Shown here piece after piece: positions 41,759-53,763 of a stretch of DNA of 64,000 nt. The notes under the pieces were generated by a model, which was given only the letters and a program-made list of their open reading frames with translations, was not told the DNA's origin and made no database searches. The first letter of the stretch is position 1, and each line of letters starts with the position of its first letter. Source of the DNA: Gammaproteobacteria bacterium. GTDB taxonomy: Bacteria; Pseudomonadota; Gammaproteobacteria; JAJFJF01. The stretch spans positions 33,133-97,132 of the forward strand of contig JAJFJF010000007.1 in the NCBI GenBank assembly GCA_021774255.1, written 5' to 3'. A program made the position numbers and the translations under genes.

Positions 41759-43164
41759 CTGCTCAACAATCCAGGCACTTCGCCCACATCGCCCGCCCCT
41801 AATGTCAGCACGAGATCGCCTTCTTGGACAATATCCGCCAACACCGCAGGCACTTCTGAAAAACGTTCCACGAAAACAGGCTCGACTCGGCCACGGTTCC
41901 GGATACTACGACATAAATCACGCCCTTCGGCACCCGCAATCGGTGCTTCGCTGGCCGGGTAGACTTCTAGCAACACTAATGTATCGACATTGGATAAAAT
42001 ATCGACAAAGTCTTCGTATAAATCACGTGTGCGTGTATAACGGTGCGGCTGAAATACTAAGACCAAACGACGATCTGACCAGCTGGCGCGTACTGTCTCC
42101 AGCATCGAGGTCATTTCGCAAGGATGGTGACCATAGTCGTCTACCACCAAAACCGTTTTACCGCCTATCACACGCTCACCGATATACTGACAACGCCGGG
42201 CAATACCATGAAAATCATGCAAGCTGCTGCTCATCACGTCATCACTGACACCCAATTCATTGGCAATCGCAATGGCAGCCAATGCATTTAATACATTGTG
42301 TTTACCCGGCAAATTCAATGTCACGGGTAACGCTTCTACTTGACCGGGTTTGCGTGTGCGTCGCAACACGGTGAAAGCACTGTGCATGCCCGCTTGATGA
42401 AAATCCACTGCGCGGATATCGGCTTCTTCATTGAAGCCATACGTGATTGTGGGGCGTTCAATTTCAGACAGCATATTGCTAATAATCGGATCATCACTGC
42501 ACACCACGGCCAAGCCATCAAAAGGCAAATGGTGTACAAAGGTTAAAAAGGTTTGACGTAATTTATCAAAGTCGCCCGCGTAGGTTGACATGTGATCGCG
42601 ATCAATATTGGTTAATACAGCAATGCGGGGTTGCAAATACAAAAAGGACGCATCGCTTTCATCTGCCTCAGCCAAAAAATAATCGCTGGTGCCTAAACGT
42701 GCATTGCTGCCCAAACTATTTAACCGGCCACCGATCACAAACGTTGGATCTAAGCCACCATCGGCCAATAAACTGGCCAATAAACTGGTTGCTGTTGTTT
42801 TACCGTGTGTGCCCGCCACGGCAATGCCATAATGCAAGCGCATAAGTTCGGCTAACATGGCGGCACGCGGCACCACGGGAATTTGCAATGATTTTGCTTG
42901 GGTGACTTCTGGATTGTCTGCAGAAATCGCCGTGGACGTGACCACCAAATCAGCAGTTTCCACATGTTTTGCTGCGTGACCGATGTGGATAGTCATCCCC
43001 AAAGACTGCAGCTGCTCGGTGACAGGGCTCGCTTTCACATCGCTGCCCGACACCGTGTAACCTTGGTTACACAATACCTCTGCGATCCCCGACATACCCG
43101 CCCCGCCAATTCCCACAAAGTGTATTTGCTGGACGCGATTCATTTTTGGAATGTTATTTTCCAC
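41755..43164 (-). CDS. murC: UDP-N-acetylmuramate--L-alanine ligase
   Basis: '[15 protein letters not shown]' P-loop, Mur ligase domains. Confidence 0.95.
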   Translation of the reverse strand: MENNIPKMNRVQQIHFVGIGGAGMSGIAEVLCNQGYTVSGSDVKASPVTEQLQSLGMTIHIGHAAKHVETADLVVTSTAISADNPEVTQAKSLQIPVVPRAAMLAELMRLHYGIAVAGTHGKTTATSLLASLLADGGLDPTFVIGGRLNSLGSNARLGTSDYFLAEADESDASFLYLQPRIAVLTNIDRDHMSTYAGDFDKLRQTFLTFVHHLPFDGLAVVCSDDPIISNMLSEIERPTITYGFNEEADIRAVDFHQAGMHSAFTVLRRTRKPGQVEALPVTLNLPGKHNVLNALAAIAIANELGVSDDVMSSSLHDFHGIARRCQYIGERVIGGKTVLVVDDYGHHPCEMTSMLETVRASWSDRRLVLVFQPHRYTRTRDLYEDFVDILSNVDTLVLLEVYPASEAPIAGAEGRDLCRSIRNRGRVEPVFVERFSEVPAVLADIVQEGDLVLTLGAGDVGEVPGLLSR

Positions 43165-44248
43165 GTGATGTCTCCAAACAATAAGTGACCACGGCTTGTG
43201 TTGAATCTTGCTTAGCCACTTGCCGTGCCTTTTCAGCCATGGTCAGTAACTGGCTGCGATCTTGGCACAGTGTGTGCAAGACTTCGCTCAAGCTGCCAGC
43301 CGTCATCTGATCTTGCTCAAGCAACTGCGCGGCACCTGCTTTGACTAAAAATTCAGCATTGCGCACCTGATGATTATCAACGGCATGTGGATACGGTACA
43401 AATAGTGCCCCCACACCCGCCGCGGCCAATTCTGCCACCGTCATGGCGCCTGCGCGACAGAGCACGAGATCGGCCCAGGCATACGCACTGGCCATGTCAT
43501 CAATAAATTTATCCAGGCGCACCTCAATAGACTGTGCTTGGAAGGCCTTTTCAGCCGCCGCATACGTCAGTTGCCCTGTCTGTTGCCACACATCGAATGC
43601 TACATCTGATTTCAGCGCCACCAATGCTTCCGGCACTTTTTCATTCAACACTTTTGCGCCTAAGCTGCCGCCGAGCACTAATAATCGTATGGGGCCTTGG
43701 CGATTTTTAAAGCGCTCGGCTGGGCTGGGGAGATCACTAATATCGCTTCTGACGGGATTGCCCGTGCAATAGGTTTTCTTCTTAATCGCGAAACTGCCTG
43801 GAAATGCTTCTAATACCATATCGGCCAGCTTTGCTAGCAGGCGATTGGTTAAGCCTGCCACCGCATTTTGTTCATGGATCACAATAGGCTTGCGCAGTAA
43901 TTTGGCGGCCACACCGCCTGGCCCGGTCACATAGCCCCCCATGCCGAGCACCACGGTAGGTTTCACCCGACGAATAACCTGCAACGATTGCCACAAAGCA
44001 CGCATTAATTGCCAGGGTGCAAATAACCGTGTCAGTAATGATTTGCCTCGCAACCCTGTGATGGTAATGTAATCAATGGGGATATCTGCTGCTGGCACTA
44101 AGTTTGCTTCAATACCACGACGTGTGCCTAACCAATGCACTGTCACACCACGCTCGCGCAACATTTTTGCGACAGCCAGGGCTGGTAAGACATGGCCGCC
44201 CGTGCCGCCCGCCATAATAAGCACACAATCGTTATTCACTTTACTCAT
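43154..44248 (-). CDS. murG: Undecaprenyldiphospho-muramoylpentapeptide beta-N-acetylglucosaminyltransferase
   Basis: 'AGGTGGH' N-terminal motif, GT28 family. Confidence 0.95.
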   Translation of the reverse strand: MSKVNNDCVLIMAGGTGGHVLPALAVAKMLRERGVTVHWLGTRRGIEANLVPAADIPIDYITITGLRGKSLLTRLFAPWQLMRALWQSLQVIRRVKPTVVLGMGGYVTGPGGVAAKLLRKPIVIHEQNAVAGLTNRLLAKLADMVLEAFPGSFAIKKKTYCTGNPVRSDISDLPSPAERFKNRQGPIRLLVLGGSLGAKVLNEKVPEALVALKSDVAFDVWQQTGQLTYAAAEKAFQAQSIEVRLDKFIDDMASAYAWADLVLCRAGAMTVAELAAAGVGALFVPYPHAVDNHQVRNAEFLVKAGAAQLLEQDQMTAGSLSEVLHTLCQDRSQLLTMAEKARQVAKQDSTQAVVTYCLETSRGK

Positions 44249-45414
44249 TTTCGTCTACGCTGCTTCGCGCAACCCACTGCGCGCTGATTTTCATAATGCA
44301 CGCGACACAATAGTCCTATCGCAATGCAGGTGATTAACAAGCTGCTGCCGCCATAACTCATCAAGGGCAAGGTCAGCCCTTTTGTCGGCAACATCCCTGC
44401 ATTCACGCCAATACTGATTAAGGCCTGTACCGCAAGCCACAGCCCAATACCGTAAGCCACATAAGCGCCAAACTGTAGCTTAAGCGCTTGTGCTTCTCGC
44501 CCAATTTGCATGGCACGGTAAACCAATGCTGACAACAAACTAATAACAAACAACACACCAAACAGCCCCAGCTCTTCGGCTATCACGGCAAATAAAAAAT
44601 CCGTGTGTGCTTCGGGCAAATAAAATAATTTTTGTATCCCTGCTCCCAGCCCCACACCAAACCATTCGCCTCGTCCAAACGCAATGAGTGCTTGTGTAAG
44701 CTGGTAACCCGTATTAAATTGATCGGCCCACGGGTCTAAAAAGCTGGTCATCCGTGCTAAGCGGTAAGGTGCCGACACTGCCAATACCACAAAGGCCCCT
44801 GCCACAATCAATATTAACACCAAAAACTGTCGCAATTTTACATCGGCTAGAAACATCATCCCGAGTGCGGTTAATACGACCACGACGGTTGCCCCCAAAT
44901 CAGGCTCCATTAACAATAATACCGCCGCGAGACTGAGTACGAGCATGGGCTTTAAAAAACCGCTGACTTGCGTACGCACTTCTTCGTAGTGACGTACTAA
45001 ATAGCCTGCCATATAGATAATCATCATTAACTTCATGACTTCAGAAGCTTGTAATGAAAACGGCCCCAACCGCAACCAGCGCATGCTGCCGTTCACCGAC
45101 ACGCCTATCCCTGGAATTAATACCAGCACAAGTAACAGCAATCCAAATAATAATAGGCTGCTGCTTAACGTAAACCATATTTGCAGATCAATGCGCATCA
45201 CGACCCAAGCAGCCAACAAGCCTAAACTCAAATAAATACCTTGGCGAGTCACATAGTAAAATGCTTGACCTACTTGGCGCTCAGCAATGCTCATCGAGGC
45301 AGAGGCGACCATGACCAAGCCTAAACCCAACAATGTGAACACTGTCACCAACAAGGTACTGTCATACGCAAACCCTTGTCTAACATTGCTATGCATGTGT
45401 GCTCTCGACGGCAT
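44245..45414 (-). CDS. ftsW: Peptidoglycan glycosyltransferase FtsW (SEDS family)
   Basis: SEDS polytopic protein collinear with E. coli FtsW. Start is ambiguous (45414 MPSRAHM or 45396 MHSNVRQ, the latter 2 nt after the murD stop). Confidence 0.9.
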   Translation of the reverse strand: MPSRAHMHSNVRQGFAYDSTLLVTVFTLLGLGLVMVASASMSIAERQVGQAFYYVTRQGIYLSLGLLAAWVVMRIDLQIWFTLSSSLLLFGLLLLVLVLIPGIGVSVNGSMRWLRLGPFSLQASEVMKLMMIIYMAGYLVRHYEEVRTQVSGFLKPMLVLSLAAVLLLMEPDLGATVVVVLTALGMMFLADVKLRQFLVLILIVAGAFVVLAVSAPYRLARMTSFLDPWADQFNTGYQLTQALIAFGRGEWFGVGLGAGIQKLFYLPEAHTDFLFAVIAEELGLFGVLFVISLLSALVYRAMQIGREAQALKLQFGAYVAYGIGLWLAVQALISIGVNAGMLPTKGLTLPLMSYGGSSLLITCIAIGLLCRVHYENQRAVGCAKQRRRK

Positions 45415-46735
45415 GGCGAAATACGTCTCCTCGCTGTGCAAAATCTTTAAACATATCAAAGCTCGCACAGGCGGGTGACAATAGCACGTGGTCACCTGGT
45501 CGCGCTAATTGCTTGGCAGTCAAAACCGCTTCTTGCATATCCGCTACTTTTGTTATCAACACCGCCTCCTGTAAGGCAGTTTGCAAATCAGCTGCGGACT
45601 CGCCTAATACAATCATGTGGTGCACGTGTTTTGTGACCACTTCTTTTAAGCCCGTGAAGTCGGCACCTTTTCCGACGCCCCCTGCAATTAAAATCACCGA
45701 TTTACCTTCACCGGCCACACCCGATACCGCGGCTCGCGTAGCACCGATATTGGTGCCTTTTGAATCATCATACCAAGTCACCCCTTGGTACTCTGCTATG
45801 TACTGACAGCGATGCGGTAATCCCGAAAACGTTTGCAAGGTTTGCAGCATGGCTGCTTGTGGCAACTGCACGGCACGGCCCAAAGCTAATGCCGCTAACG
45901 CATTTGCCCAATTATGACGACCCGCCAGCTTCATCGCTTGCACAGGCAACCACTTTTCATTGCCGTAAGCGATGTAAGACTCGCCTTGGTGCTCACTAAT
46001 ACCAAACTGATTGGGACCGGGAGATTGAAGCGTAAAACCTGTCATGTGATCAGACGCAACCGCTTTCAGCATGGGGTCGTCCTGATTCACTACCCTATGG
46101 CGGCAGTGCTGATAAATACGCTGCTTTGCCGCGAGATAATCCCCTAGGCTGTGATGCCTGTCTAAATGATCTTCAGCCATGTTCAATATCACCGCGGCTT
46201 CTAACGCGAGGCTATGCGTTGTTTCAAGTTGAAAACTTGAAAGCTCAAGCACATAAAGATCGGGTTCTTCTGATTGCAGGAGATCTAAAGCCGGGATCCC
46301 AATATTACCGCCCATGCGTACCTCCTGGCCGGCACAGCGTGCCATTTCAGTCAATAAGGTGGTCACGGTGCTTTTGCCATTTGAACCGGTGATCGCCACG
46401 ATGGGCGCGCGTGCTTGCCGGGCAAATAATTCAATATCCCCTACTATGTTGGCGTCTTCAGTACAATGTTGTGCAAATTCTGGGGAGCGGGTATCAATAC
46501 CTGGACTCACCACGATTTCTTCAGCATGGCTTAACCAGTCTTTTTGCCAGGGCCCCAGTGACAAAGGCACATCCGGAAATGCTGATTTAAATTCAGCTAA
46601 ACCTGGCGGTGCTTGTCGGCTGTCCATCATTACAAACGGGACTTGTTGCCCTGCCAAAAAGCGCGCGCACGATAAGCCCGTCATGCCGAGCCCTACGACG
46701 GCTTTAAATGTGCGCTGATCGGTAAATGGCTTCAT
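45389..46735 (-). CDS. murD: UDP-N-acetylmuramoylalanine--D-glutamate ligase
   Basis: Mur ligase ('ITGSNGKSTVT'). Confidence 0.95.
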   Translation of the reverse strand: MKPFTDQRTFKAVVGLGMTGLSCARFLAGQQVPFVMMDSRQAPPGLAEFKSAFPDVPLSLGPWQKDWLSHAEEIVVSPGIDTRSPEFAQHCTEDANIVGDIELFARQARAPIVAITGSNGKSTVTTLLTEMARCAGQEVRMGGNIGIPALDLLQSEEPDLYVLELSSFQLETTHSLALEAAVILNMAEDHLDRHHSLGDYLAAKQRIYQHCRHRVVNQDDPMLKAVASDHMTGFTLQSPGPNQFGISEHQGESYIAYGNEKWLPVQAMKLAGRHNWANALAALALGRAVQLPQAAMLQTLQTFSGLPHRCQYIAEYQGVTWYDDSKGTNIGATRAAVSGVAGEGKSVILIAGGVGKGADFTGLKEVVTKHVHHMIVLGESAADLQTALQEAVLITKVADMQEAVLTAKQLARPGDHVLLSPACASFDMFKDFAQRGDVFRHAVESTHA

Positions 46736-46759
46736 GTACGATTTTATAGCTTTTTGTGA

Positions 46760-47842
46760 TTAACGTATTTTTAAGCTGGCGAGTGCAATTAATACAAGTA
46801 TCACCGTAATAATCCAAAAGCGCACAATCACACGTGGCTCTGGCCAACCTTTCAGCTCAAAGTGATGATGTATCGGCGCCATGCGGAAGATCCGTTTTCC
46901 GGTGAGTTTGTAGGAAGTCACTTGCAGTATGACCGAGACGGTTTCAATCACAAATACACCGCCCATGATAAACAACACGAGCTCTTGTCGTACCAGTACG
47001 GCCATCACCCCTAACGCCGCCCCCAGTGCGAGCGAACCGACATCGCCCATGAACACCTGTGCGGGGTAGGTGTTAAACCACAAAAAACCTAAGCCTGCCC
47101 CGACGAGTGCACCACAAATAATCACTAACTCACCAACACCCGCCACATGTGGCACAGCTAAATAGTTGGCAAAATCAACATGCCCTGACACATACGCAAA
47201 CACCGCCAGTGCAGCGGCAATGAGCACCGTTGGCAAAATAGCCAAGCCATCCAAACCATCGGTTAAATTAACGGCATTACTGGTACCGACAATGACAAAA
47301 TAGGTTAAGACGATATAGAAAATACCCAGATTGATGACGATCTGTTTAAAAAACGGTACGATTAATTCGATTTCTGCAGGTGACTGTACGGTGAGATATA
47401 AAAATAAGGCCGCCGACAAAGCAATGATCGATTGCCAAAAATATTTCCAACGCGCCGGTAAGCCACGTGTGTCTTTGCGCACCAGCTTACGGTAATCATC
47501 CATCCAACCTATTGCACCAAACGCGAGTGTGACGAATAACACCACCCAGACATAGCGATTTGCCAAATCAGCCCATAGCAAAATCGTCAAGGTGACCACA
47601 AATAAAATAAAGGCACCCCCCATGGTCGGCGTACCGGCTTTATTTAAATGACTTTCTGGCCCCACTTCACGAATGACCTGCCCGATCTGATAATCTTTTA
47701 AATAACGAATAATCATCGGGCCTGTGAGAAAAGCAATACACAAGGCCGTCAGCACACTTAACACTGCGCGCAGTGTTAAATAGTGAAAGACCTGAAAACC
47801 ACTATAAAATTCTGATAATTGTTGTGTTAACCATAACAACAT
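46760..47842 (-). CDS. mraY: Phospho-N-acetylmuramoyl-pentapeptide transferase
   Basis: 10-TM; '[13 protein letters not shown]' motif. Confidence 0.96.
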   Translation of the reverse strand: MLLWLTQQLSEFYSGFQVFHYLTLRAVLSVLTALCIAFLTGPMIIRYLKDYQIGQVIREVGPESHLNKAGTPTMGGAFILFVVTLTILLWADLANRYVWVVLFVTLAFGAIGWMDDYRKLVRKDTRGLPARWKYFWQSIIALSAALFLYLTVQSPAEIELIVPFFKQIVINLGIFYIVLTYFVIVGTSNAVNLTDGLDGLAILPTVLIAAALAVFAYVSGHVDFANYLAVPHVAGVGELVIICGALVGAGLGFLWFNTYPAQVFMGDVGSLALGAALGVMAVLVRQELVLFIMGGVFVIETVSVILQVTSYKLTGKRIFRMAPIHHHFELKGWPEPRVIVRFWIITVILVLIALASLKIR

Positions 47843-47874
47843 AATTGCGTTACCTGTTTATCTGTCGAATAGAA

Positions 47875-49230
47875 TTATGCTTGCACCAATGCTTCAGCGA
47901 TTGTGCCCATATTACTGCCGTGTGATCCTTTCACTAATACCACCATATCGTCATGCAGTATTGCTTCCGCCGCTGCAATCAGTTCATCATGCGAAGCAAA
48001 ATGTTTGCCTGTTTCACCAAAGGCCTCTACGGTGAAACGACTCCACTCACCTACTGCCAATAAATGTTCGATACCAAGCTGTCTGGCCTGTTCGCCCACT
48101 TGCCTGTGATACGCTTCACTTTGACCTGCCAGTTCACGCATATCACCGAAGATAACCATTTTCTCACCTTCATGACTTGCTAATACACCTAAAGCCGCTG
48201 CTACGGCGTGCGGGCCAGCATTATAAGTATCATCAATAATCACCGAGTCATTTTTACCTCGATGTTTAACTAAACGTCGCTTATAAGGCTGCGTGGCTTC
48301 TAAACCTGTTTTAATGTGCTCGAGCGAGGCACCCGCCGCGATTGCCGCTGCTGTTGCTGCAATCGCGTTGTACACGTTATGACGGCCCATTAATTGCAGC
48401 TGTATGTTTATTTCACCTTGTGGGGTGATCAGTAAAAACTGCGGCATGCTATCGTTGAGTGTGATGTGACGCGCCGTCACTTCGGGTAAGTCTCTGCCGT
48501 ATTGATGTAAACCAAAACAAAGGGTTTTTCGCTCACCCACCGTTTCTTGCCAATACTCAGCATAATCATCATCACGATTAATAATAGCAACACCGTCTTC
48601 GGATAAACCATTAAAAATTTCACCTTTCCCATGCGCCACACCCGCAAGATCACCAAAACCTTCAATATGGATTGGTGCAGCACAAGTCAACACAGCAATA
48701 TTAGGTTGTGTAATGCGTGTAACGTAATCAATCTCACCAAACTTATCGGCGCCCATTTCAATCACTGCAAAACGATGTGAGGGCTCGAGCCGCAAGAGTG
48801 TCAGTGGCACGCCCACATCATTATTTTCATTCGCTTGTGTGGCGAGCACAGGGCCTGCTTGTTGCAAAATAGTGGCGAGCATTTCTTTTGTGGTTGTTTT
48901 CCCCATGCTGCCAGTAATGGCAATGACGGGAATATTATGTTGCTGGCGGTGCCATCTTGCTAAACGGCCATAAGCCACACGCGTATCATTGACTTGTAGG
49001 CAAGGTAAGGTTGTTTCAAGTTGACGGCTCACCATGACAGCCGCCGCGCCTTTGGCTTGTGCTTGCTCAATAAAATCATGCCCGTCAAATTGAGGCCCTG
49101 TTAGCGCAATAAATAAATTGCCCGGCTGTAGCGTGCGTGTATCTGTGCTGATCCCTTCAAAAGAGACATCTTCACCCAACAATGTGCCTTGTAAACACTC
49201 AACACAGCTTGATAAGCTTGCCTTAATCAT
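47875..49230 (-). CDS. murF: UDP-N-acetylmuramoyl-tripeptide--D-alanyl-D-alanine ligase
   Basis: Mur ligase ('ITGSMGKTTTKE'). Confidence 0.95.
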   Translation of the reverse strand: MIKASLSSCVECLQGTLLGEDVSFEGISTDTRTLQPGNLFIALTGPQFDGHDFIEQAQAKGAAAVMVSRQLETTLPCLQVNDTRVAYGRLARWHRQQHNIPVIAITGSMGKTTTKEMLATILQQAGPVLATQANENNDVGVPLTLLRLEPSHRFAVIEMGADKFGEIDYVTRITQPNIAVLTCAAPIHIEGFGDLAGVAHGKGEIFNGLSEDGVAIINRDDDYAEYWQETVGERKTLCFGLHQYGRDLPEVTARHITLNDSMPQFLLITPQGEINIQLQLMGRHNVYNAIAATAAAIAAGASLEHIKTGLEATQPYKRRLVKHRGKNDSVIIDDTYNAGPHAVAAALGVLASHEGEKMVIFGDMRELAGQSEAYHRQVGEQARQLGIEHLLAVGEWSRFTVEAFGETGKHFASHDELIAAAEAILHDDMVVLVKGSHGSNMGTIAEALVQA

Positions 49231-50716
49231 TGGCTTGCTCCTGTAATGCTATTTGTATTTGATCAATATCACTGAATATCAGCTTATCTCTTTTCACTTC
49301 TTGGTAAGCTTCATGGCCTTTACCTGCAATCAAAATAATATCCTGCGCGCCTGCACGCTTAATGGCCGTGTCAATTGCGCTAGCACGATCTAAAATCACA
49401 TCGAGACTCTCTGAAGTCGTGATCCCTGATTTGATATCCGCCACAATTGCTTCTGGCTCTTCGAACCGCGGGTTGTCATTGGTGAGAATAATGTGATCGG
49501 CATAGCGATCAGCGATACGCCCCATGATCGCACGCTTACCTTGATCGCGATTACCACCACACCCAAACACGCACCACAGCTTTCCGGGGTGATGGGCACG
49601 TAATGCCTGGCATACCTGATCCAATGCATCGGGTGTATGTGCATAATCAACGACGACTAAAGGTTGCCCTTGTTTTCCGCCAAAGCGCTGCATGCGACCT
49701 TTCACTGTCGGCAACGTTTGCGCACGCGCTAATGCTTGTGCTAAAGGCACCCCCATGACGCCCAGCACACTGATCATCGCAAGAATATTACTTAAATTAA
49801 ATTGCCCCCACTGTGGTGAGGTAAGCACACCCTGCCCGTCAGGTGATGAAATGGTTGCGGTCAAGCCATGCGTATCTTGTTGAATATCATGCGCCGTCAC
49901 CATGGGCACGCCCTTGATTGGTTTGCTATTGATCCCATACGCCCACACGGTTAATTTATCGCAATAATGAGCGATTAATTGACGACCAAAAGTATCGTCT
50001 GCATTGAAGACGGCTTTGCTTAGCCCCGGTGCAGAAAACAAGCTTGCTTTCACCGAAGCATAGTCATCCATGTCTTTATGATAATCTAGATGGTCTTGCG
50101 TTAAATTGGTGAATAAAGCGACATCAAATGCCACCCCCGCGGTTCTGCCTTGTGCGAGCGCGTGAGACGACACTTCCATTGAGACCGTGCGCACGCCTTC
50201 CTGCTTAAAAGCAGCCAATTGGCGATGCAATCTAATAGGCGGCGGCGTGGTGGCTTGTGTGTCTGCCATCCTACCCAATTGCCCTTGGCCTACCGTGCCA
50301 ATCACGGCACTTGGCGCGTGTGCGTCATGCAAAGCATGTGCAATAAAATGTGAGCAAGAAGTCTTACCGTTGGTGCCTGTGACACCCACCACCTGTAAAT
50401 CTTTTGAAGGGTGTTGATAAAAAGCAGACGCCACATGCCCGACTTGTTTTGATAGATTGCTCACGGCGAATGCCGGCACGTGGGTAGGTGAAACAAATCC
50501 TGCTGGCAAATTATCGGCTTCATATAACACCGCCGCCGCACCACGTGCAATGGCCTCAGGAATAAACTGGCGGGCATCGCTGCTTATTCCCTGACAAGCC
50601 ATAAACAAATCACCTGACGCTACTGCTCGACTATCAACAGTAATACCTTCAATATTACCATCTACTTCTACTGTTATGGTTGGGATAGCGGCATGCATTA
50701 GCGCAGATAATTTCAT
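49223..50716 (-). CDS. murE: UDP-N-acetylmuramoyl-L-alanyl-D-glutamate--2,6-diaminopimelate ligase
   Basis: Mur ligase ('VTGTNGKTS'). Start at MKLSALMHAA directly after the ftsI stop. Confidence 0.93.
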   Translation of the reverse strand: MKLSALMHAAIPTITVEVDGNIEGITVDSRAVASGDLFMACQGISSDARQFIPEAIARGAAAVLYEADNLPAGFVSPTHVPAFAVSNLSKQVGHVASAFYQHPSKDLQVVGVTGTNGKTSCSHFIAHALHDAHAPSAVIGTVGQGQLGRMADTQATTPPPIRLHRQLAAFKQEGVRTVSMEVSSHALAQGRTAGVAFDVALFTNLTQDHLDYHKDMDDYASVKASLFSAPGLSKAVFNADDTFGRQLIAHYCDKLTVWAYGINSKPIKGVPMVTAHDIQQDTHGLTATISSPDGQGVLTSPQWGQFNLSNILAMISVLGVMGVPLAQALARAQTLPTVKGRMQRFGGKQGQPLVVVDYAHTPDALDQVCQALRAHHPGKLWCVFGCGGNRDQGKRAIMGRIADRYADHIILTNDNPRFEEPEAIVADIKSGITTSESLDVILDRASAIDTAIKRAGAQDIILIAGKGHEAYQEVKRDKLIFSDIDQIQIALQEQAND

Positions 50717-52500
50717 TGCGATACCTCTAACGACACGGTACGCACGTTGTTTTTCACCCATTGCACTGGCGGGGATGGCTGAGACGGCATGGCAGGTGGC
50801 ACACCGGGTGCGGCCTCTTTCTCTTTTGGTGAGATAGCATCTGGCATAATATTGAGTAATCGCAACACGCCACCCATCACTTGACCTGCTACGGGTGCCG
50901 CCACACGGCTACCCGAATAGTGATCAGCTTGTGGATCATTGATCACCACAATGACGACAAACCGTGGTGCACTGGCCGGTGCAATGCCCACAAAAGAAGC
51001 AATGTATTTATCTTCGGCATACCCGCCACCGCTGGCTTTACGTGCCGTGCCTGTTTTACCCGCAACACGATAGCCGGGCACTTGTGCACGTGTGCCTGTG
51101 CCTTCTGCCACCGCGGCCTCCATCATCATCAGCACTTGTCGTGCCACACCCGGATCAAGCGCTTGTGTGCGTGTGGCCGGTTTATCTACACGCAATAAAG
51201 AAATAGAGGGCATGATGCCTTCTGCTGCAATCGCGGTATACGCTTGTGCCAGCTGCAAGGCGGTCACCGACAAACCATAGCCATAAGACAGCGCGGCTTG
51301 TTCAACCGGGTGATTGGGTAGGCGACTGGGTAAGTTGCCAATGCGTTCACCGGGAAAGCCACTGCCCGTATTCATCCCCAAGCCTAAGCGCTGGTAGGTC
51401 GTTAATATTTTTTCGGGCGGTAAAGCTTGCGCCAATTTAATCATGCCCACATTACTGGATTTTTCAATCAAGTTGGCCATGTCCAGCTTGCCGTAATCGC
51501 GTGCATCACGGATCGTATAATTTGCTAACGTGATCCGGCCCGGTGACGTGTCAATCACCGCGTCGGGCGTAAACACACCACTTTCAAGCGCGGCGGCAAT
51601 CGAGAACGGTTTGATAGTGGAACCTGGCTCAAATAAGTCTGTGACGGCACGGTTACGTAAATTACCTTGAAAACCGCCAATCGTACTGTTTGGATTAAAC
51701 GAAGGTTGATTGGCCATCGCCAACACTTCACCCGTGTGCACATCTAACACAACCACTGAACCTGACTCGGCTTGATTGCGCTGCACGGCCACTTTAAGCT
51801 CGCGATACGCCAAATACTGAATAGCGTAATCCAAACTTAAATGAAGATGATTCCCTGCGCGCGGCTCTTTAATGCTTTCTAAATCTTTAATGGTGCGCCC
51901 TAAGCGATCACGCATCACACGCTTTTTCCCGGGCAAGCCTTGCAACCACTCGTTATACGCTAACTCAACGCCTTCCTGACCATGATCATCAATATTGGTG
52001 AGGCCAAGCACATGTGCACTGACTTCACCGGCAGGGTAATAGCGGCGGTATTCGCGCATCAAATGCACGCCGGGGATCCCCAAACCTTGCACTTGCTCTG
52101 CCACGTCCGGATCCAAGCGACGTTTTAAATACATAAATTCACGTGTGGCATGACGTGCTAGTCGTGCTTGTAGTTCTTCTGTGGGTAATTCAAGCAATGC
52201 GGCCAATGCGGGCAAATTTGAAGTCTCTGAAGAAAGCGTTTGTGGATCGGCCCACACGGTTTGCACCGGTGTACTGAGCGCAAGGGGTTCACCGTAGCGG
52301 TCCAGGATCATCCCACGGTGTGCAGGCACACTTTCAACGCGCACCGTGCGTGCGTCACCTTGCTGCTTTAAAAAATCGCGGTCGAGCACCTGCAAACTGA
52401 CCATGCGCCCACTTAACGCAACAGCCGCAAGCAGCATCACGCCTAATATAAAGCGATAACGCATGACGGAAAGCGATTTTGTTTTTTTACTGCTTTTCAT
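50713..52500 (-). CDS. ftsI: Peptidoglycan D,D-transpeptidase FtsI (PBP3)
   Basis: N-terminal TM; SxxK (STIK), SxN, KTG motifs. Confidence 0.95.
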   Translation of the reverse strand: MKSSKKTKSLSVMRYRFILGVMLLAAVALSGRMVSLQVLDRDFLKQQGDARTVRVESVPAHRGMILDRYGEPLALSTPVQTVWADPQTLSSETSNLPALAALLELPTEELQARLARHATREFMYLKRRLDPDVAEQVQGLGIPGVHLMREYRRYYPAGEVSAHVLGLTNIDDHGQEGVELAYNEWLQGLPGKKRVMRDRLGRTIKDLESIKEPRAGNHLHLSLDYAIQYLAYRELKVAVQRNQAESGSVVVLDVHTGEVLAMANQPSFNPNSTIGGFQGNLRNRAVTDLFEPGSTIKPFSIAAALESGVFTPDAVIDTSPGRITLANYTIRDARDYGKLDMANLIEKSSNVGMIKLAQALPPEKILTTYQRLGLGMNTGSGFPGERIGNLPSRLPNHPVEQAALSYGYGLSVTALQLAQAYTAIAAEGIMPSISLLRVDKPATRTQALDPGVARQVLMMMEAAVAEGTGTRAQVPGYRVAGKTGTARKASGGGYAEDKYIASFVGIAPASAPRFVVIVVINDPQADHYSGSRVAAPVAGQVMGGVLRLLNIMPDAISPKEKEAAPGVPPAMPSQPSPPVQWVKNNVRTVSLEVSQ

Positions 52501-52786
52501 GCAAGAAGACTACTTCACTCATTTCTGGACGCACCATTTTTAATTCTTCACGGGCAATACGCTCCACACGACCATGCGACGCCCACGTGCTTTGCTCCAA
52601 CGATAACTGCCCCCATTCCGTGGTTAAATTATCCCCTTCTTTTTGTAAGTCTTGCAGCGTAATAAACAACTGCCGACTGACATGTTTTGTGTAGACCACA
52701 CCTAAAGCAGACAAAAAAACGGATAAGCATAATACTGTCACGCTCACCGTTTTAAGGGATAACCAATTAATAGCTCGTGTTGTCAT
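52487..52786 (-). CDS. ftsL: Cell division protein FtsL
   Basis: 99 aa, single TM plus coiled-coil, between rsmH and ftsI. Confidence 0.85.
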   Translation of the reverse strand: MTTRAINWLSLKTVSVTVLCLSVFLSALGVVYTKHVSRQLFITLQDLQKEGDNLTTEWGQLSLEQSTWASHGRVERIAREELKMVRPEMSEVVFLHEKQ

Positions 52787-52806
52787 ATTGCTTTCCTTGC
52801 TCGCTG

Positions 52807-53745
52807 TTAAATTTTTTCGGCAACCCTTAAGCGTGCACTGCGCGCGCGAGGGTTATCTTCCACTTCTACTGTGCTTGCTGCTTCTGCCTTTCCTATTAAC
52901 CGCCAGTGCGGCACGGCATCGTGACCGAAAGGGAAATGCGCGGGTAGCGGTTCTGCACTCGCATCACCCCGCATAAATTGTTTTGTGATGCGATCTTCTA
53001 AAGAGTGAAACGTCACCACCACTAAACGCCCGCCGGCTGCCAATACGTTATAACTTGCTGCCAAGCATGCTTTTAAATCCTCTAACTCGCGATTAATAAA
53101 CAAACGTATCGCTAAAAAACTGCGCGTTGCCGGGTGCTTATGTTTTTCCCATGCTGGGTTGGCTGCTTTCACAATCTCCGCTAACTGTTTGGTGTCCGTT
53201 ATCGCCTCTGTTTCGCGTGCCGCCACAATGGCAGCGGCAATCCGGCGAGCATAGCGTTCTTCACCATATTCTTTTAATACGGCTGCCATCTCTTCTTCTG
53301 GCGCTTGCGCTATCCAGTCCGCTGCACTCATGCCTGCTGTCTGGTCCATTCGCATATCCAATGGCCCTGCTTGCATAAAACTAAAACCTCGCTCAGGCGT
53401 ATCAAGTTGTGGCGATGACACGCCTAAATCTAACAGCAATCCTGCCACTTTCCCTGTCCAACCCAAGCCTTCAACGATCGAAGCCACATTCGCAAAAGAA
53501 CCTTGCGCGATTTCTAATCGTTCATCTGTTGCGGCCACTTGTTTCGCCAAGGCGATCGCTTCGCTATCTTTATCAATCACCAACAAACGCCCTTTCGGCC
53601 CCAGCTGCTTCAAAATCGCTTGGCTATGCCCGCCGCGACCAAATGTCGCGTCGATGTAATAGCCTGCTGGTTTTATGGCTAAACCCGCAAGCGCCTCACC
53701 CAACATCACGGGCACATGGCTGTTTGTCTCATGAGTCACTTGCAT
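52807..53745 (-). CDS. rsmH: 16S rRNA (cytosine1402-N4)-methyltransferase RsmH (MraW)
   Basis: 'HVPVMLGE', 'DATFGRGGHS' SAM-MTase motifs. Confidence 0.95.
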   Translation of the reverse strand: MQVTHETNSHVPVMLGEALAGLAIKPAGYYIDATFGRGGHSQAILKQLGPKGRLLVIDKDSEAIALAKQVAATDERLEIAQGSFANVASIVEGLGWTGKVAGLLLDLGVSSPQLDTPERGFSFMQAGPLDMRMDQTAGMSAADWIAQAPEEEMAAVLKEYGEERYARRIAAAIVAARETEAITDTKQLAEIVKAANPAWEKHKHPATRSFLAIRLFINRELEDLKACLAASYNVLAAGGRLVVVTFHSLEDRITKQFMRGDASAEPLPAHFPFGHDAVPHWRLIGKAEAASTVEVEDNPRARSARLRVAEKI

Positions 53746-53763
53746 CGCACTTCATTATTGCCA